IMG/VR virus record: IMGVR_UViG_3300029787_000028
Span: 1 to 64,000 of that record
DNA from: an uncultured virus (IMG/VR IMGVR_UViG_3300029787_000028)
Lineage: Duplodnaviria; Heunggongvirae; Uroviricota; Caudoviricetes; Crassvirales
Strand: one strand, 5' to 3'
DNA length: 64,000 nucleotides
In this document: positions 1 through 9,517 of the stretch, piece after piece
Numbering within the stretch: the first letter of the stretch is position 1
Layout of the letters: every line of letters starts with the position of its first letter
Translations under genes and position numbers: made by a program
Notes under the pieces: generated by a model
Databases searched by the model: none
What the model was told of the DNA's origin: nothing
Seen by the model: only the letters and a program-made list of their open reading frames with translations

Positions 1-1
1 A

Positions 2-737
2 AATCCAAATCCATTTTATGCTGCTATAAATACAGCTGATCCAGATGCAATTGATTTAGATGAAGTACAGGATCTGCTTTCACAAGGATATGGCCCACCC
101 GCCGTCGTTGGTCGAGGAGATGCTTTCTTGGGTTCTGGAATGACAACTCTTGACCAGGCTGGAGCTAATATCACCAATATGGGTAAGAGCGCATACAATA
201 TGATTTTTGGTACTCCAGCTCAAGTAATAGAGGAAGATGCGGGAGATCTTGGGAAGAATATAACCGTTGTGCCAGGCACGCAAGTAAACTATGTGGATGT
301 CCCTAAGGGGAGAGTAAGTAAGTTCAGCAACATCTACCCCACCCAGGCTAGGGATACAAGAATCCAGAAGGTCACTTTCAACCCTGTGACAGATCAGTAT
401 GAGCCAGTAGAGGGTAGGTTTTACTTAGACAGGGAGTCTGAAGGCACTGGAGCTGTTCGAAGAGATGACTTGGTAAAGACTCTATTTCATCACGAAATTA
501 ACCCTGCTAGAAAATTAAAATTCTACAATGAAGAGCTTGGTGATGTTGTGTCCATATTTGCATACGACTCACCAGAAATGCTTAAGACCGCTGGTCTTGA
601 AAGAAGCGTTTATGATTACGAAGGAATGTTTGGTGAATCTCTCGCTGCAAAGTATGGAGATACATCAACTTCACAGAAAACCAGGCAAGAGAGAACAGGT
701 CGATTCAATTACTGGGCTCCAGGTTCGTCAGCTTCAG
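2..737 (+). CDS. Hypothetical late protein, 5'-truncated, running into an assembly gap
   Basis: Frame of ORF 128..769 is open from position 2; N gap at 738-747 makes the 3' end uncertain. Confidence 0.6.
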
Positions 738-747
738 NNNNNNNNNN

Positions 748-1116
748 CGCAGAAAACCACAAAATTTAAAATCCTTGAAGGCCAGACCTGCTGGCATGAA
801 TGTCGTCAAGAATAGAGATCTGATGCCCACATCTCCTATTCAGATGCCAATAGGTAGAGTTCCTATTCAAATTGGTGCGCTTGCTCAATCGCAGAGAGGA
901 GCAAGGCAGGGTGGTCAGAAGCTGGATAGAGAATACTATTACGACCCAGTCAAAAGGCAATACAGAGAACGAGAGGTGGATAGTGAGAGACTGGGCGGAC
1001 CCGTATATGGGACAACAAAACTGTTTGATGAAAAACAAACTCCTGGTAACCCAGTGTATGGTGGCAGTTATGAATTTTCTAAAGGCGGCAGGCTAATAAA
1101 AAGAGTTAGATCGTAA
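748..1116 (+). CDS. Hypothetical basic protein, C-terminal FSKGGR motif
   Basis: Frame of ORF 775..1116 is open back to the N gap; first ATG at 796. Confidence 0.55.
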   Translation, partial: RRKPQNLKSLKARPAGMNVVKNRDLMPTSPIQMPIGRVPIQIGALAQSQRGARQGGQKLDREYYYDPVKRQYREREVDSERLGGPVYGTTKLFDEKQTPGNPVYGGSYEFSKGGRLIKRVRS

Positions 1117-1120
1117 TAGG

Positions 1121-1128
1121 TATATTTG
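1121..1128 (+). promoter_or_regulatory. Bacteroidota-type -7 promoter element TATATTTG
   Basis: Matches TAnnTTTG; intergenic, 4 nt before ATG 1133. Confidence 0.7.
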
Positions 1129-1132
1129 CAAT

Positions 1133-1453
1133 ATGGCTACACTTACAGTTACAATACAAGAAGAGATTACCATCAACGGTAAGGATAGGGGTAACACCAA
1201 TACAATTTCTCTTTCTTCTGTCAGTGAGGTGTACAGCAGGGTTCTTACTGTAGACAATACAGAACAGACTATACTACAATTTCAGGCATCAAGGCCAGCA
1301 GGTGGTGCATTTACTGACAACACCATGCAGTACTTNNNNNNNNNNACGGCTGGAACTGGTATAGCATTGACTCAGATTGAGTTGATCTCAGCTGAAGCCA
1401 CAGGAACAGGTGGAGAGACTGCTGACATTGAGATCTTTGCAGTTGCAACCTAA
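1133..1453 (+). CDS. Small beta-rich virion protein (spans N gap)
   Basis: Thr-rich MATLTVTI start similar to 19345 and 19737; gap at 1336-1345. Confidence 0.6.
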   Translation: MATLTVTIQEEITINGKDRGNTNTISLSSVSEVYSRVLTVDNTEQTILQFQASRPAGGAFTDNTMQYXXXXTAGTGIALTQIELISAEATGTGGETADIEIFAVAT

Positions 1454-1851
1454 TGCCTACAGTAAAAAAATATAAGGATGGGGGTAAGGGTCCAGGCGGC
1501 CCTTTCTCTATGACCAAAGAAGAAGAGGACAAGGCAACAGTCGATGTGCTCAAGGGTGACAAGAAGTTTGTCAAGAAGGCCAAGAGGGACGAAAAAAGAA
1601 CTGCACGTCTTATCAAGAGAAAAGGCGGTGGAGCTGAGGGATTGGGTAAACTTCAGGATCAGCTTCAGGCCCGCGCAAAAAGAAAGCGCAAGAAAGAGGG
1701 GAGGCAACAGAAAAGACGAAACAGAAGATCAGCAAGACAGCTAGGTCGTCAGCTCATGGCTAAGCGCGTGGGTAAGGCCCTTGGCCGTGGTAACTCTATA
1801 TCTGCTAAAGAAGCTGGCTGCCAGGGTGCTGGTTGCGGCGCATACGAATAA
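1453..1851 (+). CDS. Highly basic (K/R-rich) protein, possible DNA-condensing head protein
   Basis: TAATG coupling; KKYKDGGK N-terminus. Confidence 0.6.
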   Translation: MPTVKKYKDGGKGPGGPFSMTKEEEDKATVDVLKGDKKFVKKAKRDEKRTARLIKRKGGGAEGLGKLQDQLQARAKRKRKKEGRQQKRRNRRSARQLGRQLMAKRVGKALGRGNSISAKEAGCQGAGCGAYE

Positions 1852-1855
1852 TACT

Positions 1856-2167
1856 ATGGAACTTAAAAAGAAAGATGAAAACGGAGGATTGACCAATCGT
1901 CAGGTTAGAAAAAACTCCAGGTTTCAAAACAAAGCTGCTAGAGATGCCGCTATTGTAACGCGAGGTGCAAAAGATTCAAAGGATCTTATGAAAAACCTCA
2001 GCCAGTACGATGAGAAGAAAGACAAAAGAGCTATTGCAAAGCAGATGATTAAAGCTGGCGCTATTGCGTTAGGTGGTGTCGCTCTTAGCAACCTAAGGTA
2101 TCCCTCTGACGCAGCTGGAATGTCCATGGCGGAATACATTAAAGAGCTCCGCAGAATAAATCGTTGA
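1856..2167 (+). CDS. Hypothetical basic protein with a hydrophobic stretch
   Basis: ATG 1856 just after stop at 1851, in frame with ORF 1781..2167. Confidence 0.6.
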   Translation: MELKKKDENGGLTNRQVRKNSRFQNKAARDAAIVTRGAKDSKDLMKNLSQYDEKKDKRAIAKQMIKAGAIALGGVALSNLRYPSDAAGMSMAEYIKELRRINR

Positions 2168-2171
2168 AAAA

Positions 2172-2651
2172 GTGAAGCTGTCAAAAAATTTATCACTGTC
2201 AGAAGTGACCAAAAGCACTACGGCTAAACGCCTAGGCATAGACAATACACCAGATGAGTGGGTTACAGAGAATCTTAAAAAGGTTGCAGAGCATATTTTT
2301 CAACCTGTGCGCGAGCATTTCAAGTGTCCTATATTCGTTTCGAGCGGCTATCGCTCAGCGGAACTCAACAAGGCGATTGGCGGTTCAAAGCGTAGTCAGC
2401 ATGTGGAGGGTAGAGCATTCGATCTTGACGCAGACGTATTTGGACGTGTGTCGAACAGTAGCATATTCAACCACATACGAGAGAATCTACAGTTTGATCA
2501 GCTCATTTGGGAGTTTGGTGATGAAGACAATCCTGATTGGGTGCACGTGTCTTACGTTTACGATGGCGTTAATCGTGGCAGGTGCCTCAAAGCTCTACGA
2601 GATGATAAGGGGAAGGTCTACTACGAAGTAATGTTTGGTAAATCCCTCTAA
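2172..2651 (+). CDS. Peptidase M15A-type endolysin
   Basis: SGYRS..LNKAIGG..SQH.EGRAFD and WVHVS zinc-ligand motifs. Confidence 0.88.
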   Translation: MKLSKNLSLSEVTKSTTAKRLGIDNTPDEWVTENLKKVAEHIFQPVREHFKCPIFVSSGYRSAELNKAIGGSKRSQHVEGRAFDLDADVFGRVSNSSIFNHIRENLQFDQLIWEFGDEDNPDWVHVSYVYDGVNRGRCLKALRDDKGKVYYEVMFGKSL

Positions 2652-2654
2652 GGC

Positions 2655-4904
2655 ATGGCTCTATACGACGACGCAAAAATCATGTTCTTGGCCTCTGCGG
2701 CTGCTGGAGTAGACAATAAAGACTTTAGCAAGGTGCCTTGTGTTAAGCCTGTTGAGGTAACGGGATCTGAGCTTCTGAGCAGCTCTGATGGAGATTGGAC
2801 CCTTGGCACTGGGGCTTCAATCAACAATGGTGTAATAACTGTAGACGGAAGTCAAAGTGACTCTATAAATCTTTTTCAGAATATCACAGACTTAGACAAT
2901 AAGTCAGCAAAAATTTCTTTTACAATAAGCAATTATTCTGCAGGCACAATACAGGGTCAGTTTTTTGGCGGCAATGAAGTAACGTCCTCTGTTGGACAAA
3001 ATGGTACGTTTGCTTTTACAAAAGATATAGGTGGATCTCACAACGGAAATGCGGGATTTGGTGTTTCTTTAGATTTTGCAGGAACCATCAGCGACATCAG
3101 TATCAAAGAGGTTACAACAAAAGCTGCAGACTTTGACATCAGCAGAGACTCCAACCTCGACGCTACTCGCGTAGGCCCTAGTGGGTTGATCGAGAAGGGG
3201 AGGGAGAACTTGCTCTTACAGTCTAATAGCTTTGATACCACGTGGACGACAAACAGTGCTTCAATAACTGGTGGTCAAGCAGGGTATGACGGAAGCAATA
3301 ATGCGTGGGAGCTAAAAGCGACTGGCAACGGCACAACGCACTTAGCTCGTGTAACTCAAGATAGCCTTTCTGTATCTAACGTATCTACGTTTAGTGTACA
3401 TGTAAAAGCAGGAAATACAAATTTTGTTCGTCTAAATGCCTTGACGTCTGGAACTAACGTAAATAACTATTTTGATCTTTCAAACGGAACTGTAGGGTCT
3501 AGCCCTTCTGCTACAGTTGTTACATCAAGCATTGAGGCTGCGGGGAATGGGTTTTACAGAATCTCTATTACAAGCAAAGGTGATGCTGCTATTTCAGAGG
3601 TAAGAATACAGGTAGCAGATGCAGATGGAGACGATATCCCAGCAACAGGCTCTTTCATCTATATCCAAGATTCTCAGCTAGAAGCTGGTCTTGTCGCTAC
3701 TGACGTCATTACCACTGGGGCTTCTACAGCCACAGCTGGCATCAAAGAAGATGAACCGCGCTTTGACTACCCTCTTGCTGGTGGTGCCCCGTCTTTGTTG
3801 ATAGAGCCGCAGAGAGAGAATAAACAGGCTTTCAGTGAAAATTTCTCAGCATATACTGCAACAAGAGCCTCTGTAACTGCAAACGCTGACACCTCCCCAG
3901 AGGGCCTTGAAAATGCTTCCAAGCTTGTAGAGGACACAACTGCTGGAAACACCCATAAGATGATCCCCCCTGCGTCAGATTCATACACTTCAGGAACTAC
4001 ATACTCTATTTCTGTTTTTGCCAAAGCAGCAGGAAGGACGCAGTTTAAGTTGACGGCTGGAACTACTGCTGTAGCTCCTTACAATGCAATATTCACCCTC
4101 ACTGGGGAATCAAGCCCAACCACCCCCACCAACAATGATGAGGGTACTGCCTCTATGGAGTATTATGGCAATGGCTGGTACAGGTGTAAAATCGAGGGAT
4201 TTGAAGCGGATCAGACCGCCAGTACTACTCCAAATTTTTTCTTGCAATCTTCAGGCAACGCATCCTATGATGGAGACGGAACAAGCGGAATACTGTTTTA
4301 TGGGTTTCAGCTAGAAGAAGGTAAGAATTGCACATCTTACATCCCTACTCACGGGGCTGCTGCTACAAGATCTACAGACAATGTAGCTGCGTTTGACACC
4401 AGCGGCTTCTCTTTTGGAACCACTTGTACTATCTTCTTTGAAGGGGTTATCAATGAAGCACCCAGCTCTTTTCTTAGACCCATAACTATGTTTGCCTCGC
4501 ATGCTTCTCCTAGCACTGCGGAGCGCTTCTTGCTTTTTGCTGGAAGTTTTAGTAGCGGCACTTACACTCTTACCTCTCGACACAATACAGGTGGAGCAAC
4601 TAAAGGTGTTGATAAATCTAGCCTTACAGTTGGAGCCAAAGTAAAGTGCGCTTCTGTGTTTAATGGCACATCTCAAAAGTTTTTTGTAAACGGAGATTTG
4701 GCTGGAACAGATACTATTACTGCTGCAAGTGTTTTTAACACTCTTGATCTATCACAAATAGTTGCAGATCAAAACCACACTGTTGGTTCTATTATGCTTT
4801 TTAATTCTGCTATAAGCGATGCTGATGCTTTCGTTCTTACTGACACAAGCTATGAATCGTACAGCGAAGCTGCAGACTCATTAAATTATATTCAGCATGG
4901 CTAA
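2655..4904 (+). CDS. Tail fibre / receptor-binding protein with carbohydrate-binding-like and LamG-like modules
   Basis: ATRV..GLIEKGRENLL, LLIEPQREN, QLEEG..TSYIPTHG modules; S/T/G-rich. Confidence 0.75.
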   Translation: MALYDDAKIMFLASAAAGVDNKDFSKVPCVKPVEVTGSELLSSSDGDWTLGTGASINNGVITVDGSQSDSINLFQNITDLDNKSAKISFTISNYSAGTIQGQFFGGNEVTSSVGQNGTFAFTKDIGGSHNGNAGFGVSLDFAGTISDISIKEVTTKAADFDISRDSNLDATRVGPSGLIEKGRENLLLQSNSFDTTWTTNSASITGGQAGYDGSNNAWELKATGNGTTHLARVTQDSLSVSNVSTFSVHVKAGNTNFVRLNALTSGTNVNNYFDLSNGTVGSSPSATVVTSSIEAAGNGFYRISITSKGDAAISEVRIQVADADGDDIPATGSFIYIQDSQLEAGLVATDVITTGASTATAGIKEDEPRFDYPLAGGAPSLLIEPQRENKQAFSENFSAYTATRASVTANADTSPEGLENASKLVEDTTAGNTHKMIPPASDSYTSGTTYSISVFAKAAGRTQFKLTAGTTAVAPYNAIFTLTGESSPTTPTNNDEGTASMEYYGNGWYRCKIEGFEADQTASTTPNFFLQSSGNASYDGDGTSGILFYGFQLEEGKNCTSYIPTHGAAATRSTDNVAAFDTSGFSFGTTCTIFFEGVINEAPSSFLRPITMFASHASPSTAERFLLFAGSFSSGTYTLTSRHNTGGATKGVDKSSLTVGAKVKCASVFNGTSQKFFVNGDLAGTDTITAASVFNTLDLSQIVADQNHTVGSIMLFNSAISDADAFVLTDTSYESYSEAADSLNYIQHG

Positions 4905-6717
4905 ACCAGCAATCGTTATTGGGGACGGCAAGTTCGCAACAAAAGACACCAAGTTTCTTGGGTACGCTCAGGGGGACAGCTCTAGCAGGTTTGTAGCTCG
5001 TGAGCTTACTTACGACAGGGGGTCTAACCTTACAGCCACAAGGGTTGCATCTAATGGCCTCATCGAGAAGGGGAGGGAAAACCTTTTTAGGAATACAGTT
5101 TTTGCTGGTGCTGGACTAGACACAGAACCTACGGGTGGATCTAAGTTTATAGATAGCACAGGCGGAACATTCAATGTAACTAGCACAGCTGGTCAACTTA
5201 GGTTTATTACAGCATCTGACGAAAGGGCTTTTATTCAATCTCACTCTGTAACAACCGCATCTCTTTACTCCTTCTCTGTATTTGTAGACAAAGTTGTGAC
5301 TACGCTTGCAGTCAACCATTTAATTTCAGATAGTGGTGAAGCAACAGATATTCGCTATGAAGAGGATGGAGTAGAAATTTCTACATCTACAAATGTTCAG
5401 GCAGGTAAGCGATATACTCTGGTTGTCAATAAGACTAACACCAATAGTACTAGGTTTAGAATTGGTTCTGGAACTTCAAGCAGAGTAGCTGGAGATGTAA
5501 CTCTTTCAAAACCCCAGCTTGAAGTAGGTATTGTAGCAACTGATTACATTGAAAATACATCAACATCTGCTGCAGTCAAAGCTGGTATCCTTGAAGATCA
5601 GGCTAGAGTAGATTACCTCAGCAACTCTAACGGTTATCTCTTGCTTGAGCCTACGAGACAGAACCTTGTTCCACACAGCGAGTATGCTGGCGGCTTTACT
5701 GAGGTGGGTACAGGCACAGTAACAGACAACCACTCAATTTCCCCTGAAGGTGTTAAGAACGCTTTCCAGTTAAGCGAGAGCAGCACTGGATTCTACAGAA
5801 TTGAAAAAGACATTACTGTAGCCTCAGAGAATGTGGGTGACCATACACTTAGCGTCTTTATAAAGAAGACAACAGGCGCCCTGTCTCACTATGCGGGGGT
5901 CCAACTAGACTCTGCAAGAAAATATGTTATTGTTGACACCACGAACGGTACAGCAAATGAACACAATGGAACTGCCAATGACTCGTTTAGTGTCGAAGAC
6001 TTTAGTGACGATTACTGGAGAGTGGCCATAACGAATGACCTTACTTCTGCCGCTGACTACAGGATTGGATTGTGGCCTTCCATCTCTTTAAACGGAATTA
6101 CTATTGGCGCTACAGCTACTGGCTCTAATGTCTTTTATGGTGTTCAGCTTGAAAAAGGCGCTTTTGCCACCTCTTACATACCTACGCATGGGACTGCCGC
6201 AAGCAGATCAGCAGAAGGACTCCCCGCAAGCACTGGGGCAGTTGTTGACATGAGTAGCTTCATGAAGGGTGATGATGTCACTATTGTTATTCATTGGGCT
6301 GACAACCCAACTCAAATAAGAGACAGTTCATCAGGAGGCATTAGGCTTAGCAATGGAGATGCTCAGTCTGGTTCTATAAGATTTTACAGGAATGGTGGTT
6401 CAGCTTTGCAGCTAAGGGCGGTGTTTTTTGGCACAGACGGCAATAACAACTCTGTAACCCTTGCCTCATCTACACCAAAAGTTGCTATAAGCAGAGTTAG
6501 ATCAACAGGAGTGTTCACTGTTTATCTAGATGGCTCTCCTTTAGATGTTGGTCTAACTGATGCAAATGGACAATTTACAAACAGCAACTTTGATGTTACA
6601 TGGGACGATTTGCAAATCTCAGGAAGCAGTCAACAAAAAATACTCCTTGTAAAGCTGTTTGATCGAGCATTGACAAATTCAGGGGATAACAACGAAATGG
6701 CAAGTGAAACATCATGA
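4897..6717 (+). CDS. Tail fibre / receptor-binding protein, paralog of 2655..4904
   Basis: Shares ATRV..GLIEKGRENL, LLLEPTRQN, YGVQLEKG..TSYIPTHG. Confidence 0.75.
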   Translation: MAKPAIVIGDGKFATKDTKFLGYAQGDSSSRFVARELTYDRGSNLTATRVASNGLIEKGRENLFRNTVFAGAGLDTEPTGGSKFIDSTGGTFNVTSTAGQLRFITASDERAFIQSHSVTTASLYSFSVFVDKVVTTLAVNHLISDSGEATDIRYEEDGVEISTSTNVQAGKRYTLVVNKTNTNSTRFRIGSGTSSRVAGDVTLSKPQLEVGIVATDYIENTSTSAAVKAGILEDQARVDYLSNSNGYLLLEPTRQNLVPHSEYAGGFTEVGTGTVTDNHSISPEGVKNAFQLSESSTGFYRIEKDITVASENVGDHTLSVFIKKTTGALSHYAGVQLDSARKYVIVDTTNGTANEHNGTANDSFSVEDFSDDYWRVAITNDLTSAADYRIGLWPSISLNGITIGATATGSNVFYGVQLEKGAFATSYIPTHGTAASRSAEGLPASTGAVVDMSSFMKGDDVTIVIHWADNPTQIRDSSSGGIRLSNGDAQSGSIRFYRNGGSALQLRAVFFGTDGNNNSVTLASSTPKVAISRVRSTGVFTVYLDGSPLDVGLTDANGQFTNSNFDVTWDDLQISGSSQQKILLVKLFDRALTNSGDNNEMASETS

Positions 6718-7079
6718 GAATATTTAGAAAATACGAGTTTGGCAGCCAGTCTGCTGCTACAACAAAGATCAATGCCTTGGGTCTTGACGAGGAAGGCAAT
6801 CCAACCCACGGTCATTCGATTGCAAGGCTGGGTAATATCGTAACAACACAAGGGGAGTATGATGAAGAGGGCAATCAAATTAAGGCCCCTGTATACTCAG
6901 AGAACTACCACGTCGATGTCTTGTGGAAAGACGAAGCATCTTCAGACTGGGATAATCAGATGGTGTGGTGCATGCCTATGGGGGTGCACACCTTTGGATC
7001 GTCCAGTGCCAATGCAGAGTATATTGCGAAATGTCAGGAGCTACACCCAGAGTGGTTCCCAGAACCTGAAGAAGACTAA
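6714..7079 (+). CDS. Fibre-associated small protein
   Basis: ATGA coupling to the fibre gene; 121 aa. Confidence 0.6.
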   Translation: MRIFRKYEFGSQSAATTKINALGLDEEGNPTHGHSIARLGNIVTTQGEYDEEGNQIKAPVYSENYHVDVLWKDEASSDWDNQMVWCMPMGVHTFGSSSANAEYIAKCQELHPEWFPEPEED

Positions 7080-7081
7080 CT

Positions 7082-7237
7082 ATGCTTGGGCTTAGCACAA
7101 CAATAGCATCATCGTCTTATGTTTCTAGACTAAGATCAGACGATCTTGCCATGGCATTTGCGTCTAGGGTTACCGCTGACGGTGGTACAGTAGAGAATAC
7201 AAATGATCTTGAAAAGGATCTAAGGAAGCTTATTTAA
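7082..7237 (+). CDS. 51-aa protein MLGLSTTI...FASRVTADGGTVE, resembling a fibre N-terminal segment
   Basis: Translated by hand (below ORF-track cutoff); ATG 7082, TAA 7235-7237. Confidence 0.6.
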   Translation: MLGLSTTIASSSYVSRLRSDDLAMAFASRVTADGGTVENTNDLEKDLRKLI

Positions 7238-7656
7238 GATTCTAGATCTCTGTAAAGAGTTTGCACTAGCAGCCTCCCCCTTTGTGTAAGGGCGTATCTA
7301 ACCCTGTAGTTGTATTTTGTCTCTTCTCTAAACAAGTGATCTTCTCTGGTGTCTGAGGGAGTCATCCTGTCGAAGTGTTTGTACAATATCCCTTCTTTTA
7401 CAAGGGGGTATACATACTCCACACCAATCTTATTTGAGGAGATACCAAAGTCTTCTGACGCATACTTTAGAGTAAAGAACTCTAGGTCGTAAGCCCACAG
7501 CATAAACATGATTTCTTTTTGAAATATGCTGTGTTTTTCTTTTGCGCTAAGCAGCTCTCTTCTTAGATATTTGAGGTAGTTACGTTTTACGTATCTTTGA
7601 TTAAGCCTCGAAAACTCTCTGAAGAGTTTTTTCTTAGATACTTTGCTTTTGGGCAT
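7234..7656 (-). CDS. Winged-helix (MarR-like) DNA-binding protein
   Basis: PLVKEGILYK...RVRYALTQRGRLLV wing motif; only minus-strand gene in the + arm; own promoter. Confidence 0.6.
   Translation of the reverse strand: MPKSKVSKKKLFREFSRLNQRYVKRNYLKYLRRELLSAKEKHSIFQKEIMFMLWAYDLEFFTLKYASEDFGISSNKIGVEYVYPLVKEGILYKHFDRMTPSDTREDHLFREETKYNYRVRYALTQRGRLLVQTLYRDLES
7592..7599 (+). promoter_or_regulatory. Candidate -7 element TATCTTTG for the 7661-onward operon
   Basis: TAnnTTTG match inside the antisense gene. Confidence 0.4.
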
Positions 7657-7660
7657 TCAA

Positions 7661-7966
7661 ATGGATTTACAGAACTACAAAGATATGGAGAGAGAAGGAT
7701 TTTTGTTTGAGGTTCAGCAGATCGCTTTGGAGATAGAATCTTTGATTGACAAGTATGACGTGAGAGAAGATGTCATGTCTTTGATGATTATAGGTCTAAT
7801 TGATGAGATGGAAGACACTCATCAACTAAAGGCTGTGTATGGATATAATCTTAGAGATAGAAGTGAGCTCGAAGAATTGGTTACATTTGCTCAAGACTCC
7901 TTTAAAGGAAATGATGAGCCAGATATTGATGATCTAATCAAGGGTCTTGGTATAAGTTTAAATTAA
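7661..7966 (+). CDS. Hypothetical acidic protein
   Basis: ATG at 7661 or 7685 in frame with ORF 7643..7966. Confidence 0.65.
   Translation: MDLQNYKDMEREGFLFEVQQIALEIESLIDKYDVREDVMSLMIIGLIDEMEDTHQLKAVYGYNLRDRSELEELVTFAQDSFKGNDEPDIDDLIKGLGISLN
7678..7685 (-). promoter_or_regulatory. -7 element TATCTTTG for the winged-helix gene
   Basis: CAAAGATA on +, 21 nt upstream of ATG 7656. Confidence 0.55.
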
Positions 7967-8206
7967 ATGGAAGGTGTAATTAGAAAAATTATTATAGGTC
8001 GTGATCCTAAAGACGCTATGGCCTACTATGTAGGCATGCGAGCTGGTAGCAGCAAGGTGAGCGCGATTGTTAATGATGAGGCTTTTTTATACAGGCATGG
8101 TAAGAACAGATACCTTGTATATCTTCAAGAAGAAGATGGGAGCAATGTTTTATGGAAGTCTGTAGATGACATGCCATGTATCATTGAATACGATCTAAAC
8201 TTTTGA
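7967..8206 (+). CDS. Conserved-looking phage hypothetical protein
   Basis: IRKIIIGRDPKDAMAYYVG...WK...MP..IEYDLNF; tight gene packing. Confidence 0.7.
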   Translation: MEGVIRKIIIGRDPKDAMAYYVGMRAGSSKVSAIVNDEAFLYRHGKNRYLVYLQEEDGSNVLWKSVDDMPCIIEYDLNF

Positions 8207-8207
8207 T

Positions 8208-8525
8208 ATGGCTACAAGGACTTATCCTGACGGAACTGTTATCCCAGCATCTTTGCCTGCTGCGTATAAACGCGCAAAGAATAAGAATCAATACTGCGGA
8301 AATTGTGTGTATTGGATGGGTAACTACTGCACAAGATGGGAGGCTAGAGTAAAAGCAGGATACGTGTGTGCGTCTTGGGCTCCCAAACAAGCCATGTCTA
8401 TTACTCCTGCCGCTGCGCCTGAAGTAGATGTATCCCCACCAGCTGTTCCATCTCCAACTCCTGCTCCTGCGCAGCCTCGTCAGACTACAGTGCGCAGAAC
8501 TTCAAGGAGATCCTATGGATACTAA
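8208..8525 (+). CDS. HiPIP-like four-cysteine protein with Pro-rich tail
   Basis: CGNCVYW-x4-C-x9-GYVCASW pattern. Confidence 0.55.
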   Translation: MATRTYPDGTVIPASLPAAYKRAKNKNQYCGNCVYWMGNYCTRWEARVKAGYVCASWAPKQAMSITPAAAPEVDVSPPAVPSPTPAPAQPRQTTVRRTSRRSYGY

Positions 8526-8670
8526 AAAATCCAGGGGTGTTGGTGACACTGTAGAAAAATTCACTCAAAGAACAGGGCTAAAGCGCCTGGTCGAAAAGGT
8601 CTCAAAAGACTGCGGATGCAGTGAGAGACGAGATAAATTAAATAAAATGTTTCCCTACAAAAATCAATGA
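8515..8670 (+). CDS. Small protein with GVGD...DCGC..R..KLN motif
   Basis: ATG 8515 in frame with ORF 8428..8670. Confidence 0.65.
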   Translation: MDTKKSRGVGDTVEKFTQRTGLKRLVEKVSKDCGCSERRDKLNKMFPYKNQ

Positions 8671-9251
8671 AATCTTTAAACATGTTTATCGTTGAGCTGG
8701 ACAGGCCAATCAACGATACAATCTCCACCAAAAGTGGAATTGAGTTATACATCGACACTCGATATGAGGGCGGTGAGTTCAAATACAGAGTTACTGACGG
8801 ACCAGTCATAGCTACACCAGCTAAGTACAAAACCCCAGTTAAGAAAGGTGATAGGCTATACTTCCATCATCTTGTTGTAATGCAAGGGGGTCAAAAGCTG
8901 ACAGGCATGGATAATAGCTACTTTGTCAAGTATGATCCAGAGCACGCTATAAATAATCAGGCGATTGCTTACAAAGACAAGAAAGGAAAAATACATCCAC
9001 TTAATGGTTGGAGCTTGCTGTCTGCTGTTGAAGAAGAGGAGAGAGAGGACGGCACTATTGAAGTAGTGTCTTTAAAAGAAGAGCTCCCAACCAAGGGTGT
9101 CGTTGCTTTTGATTCAAAAGAACTGAAGTCAATAGGCGTAAAGAAAGGAGATGTTGTTGGGTTCAAAGAAAACAGAGACTATCGCATCAAGATTGATGGG
9201 GAGGAGTACTACAGAACTCGCACTGAAGACCTTTTATACGTAGAGCAATGA
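8667..9251 (+). CDS. Tandem GroES-like co-chaperonin protein
   Basis: TKSGIEL, VKKGDRLYF and VKKGDVVGF..IKIDGEEYY Cpn10-type motifs, in two copies. Confidence 0.75.
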   Translation: MKSLNMFIVELDRPINDTISTKSGIELYIDTRYEGGEFKYRVTDGPVIATPAKYKTPVKKGDRLYFHHLVVMQGGQKLTGMDNSYFVKYDPEHAINNQAIAYKDKKGKIHPLNGWSLLSAVEEEEREDGTIEVVSLKEELPTKGVVAFDSKELKSIGVKKGDVVGFKENRDYRIKIDGEEYYRTRTEDLLYVEQ

Positions 9252-9517
9252 TTGATAAAGAACACCTGATGACTGTCCTCGAAGAAGAGGAGTGTCTTAC
9301 TGCTGATGGATTTGACTCTGCTTTAGTGGGGTGCACCTGTGGCCCCAACATAGTTGCTGTATATGATATCAATAAGATGATTGAAGTCTTGATTAAAGAA
9401 GGCATGAGCTATGACGACGCTGTAGAGCACTTAGATTACAATGTAGTTGGCTCATACGTTGGAGAAAAAACACCTCAATACATCAACCTTGTCACGCAAG
9501 AAGTTTACAACGATTGA
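9248..9517 (+). CDS. Phage hypothetical protein
   Basis: ADGFDSALVG...AVYD...GSYVGEKTP. Confidence 0.7.
   Translation: MIDKEHLMTVLEEEECLTADGFDSALVGCTCGPNIVAVYDINKMIEVLIKEGMSYDDAVEHLDYNVVGSYVGEKTPQYINLVTQEVYND

Noticed and set aside
738..1345. Frameshifts or pseudogenes in the first ORFs
   Set aside because: Both breaks coincide with 10-N assembly gaps
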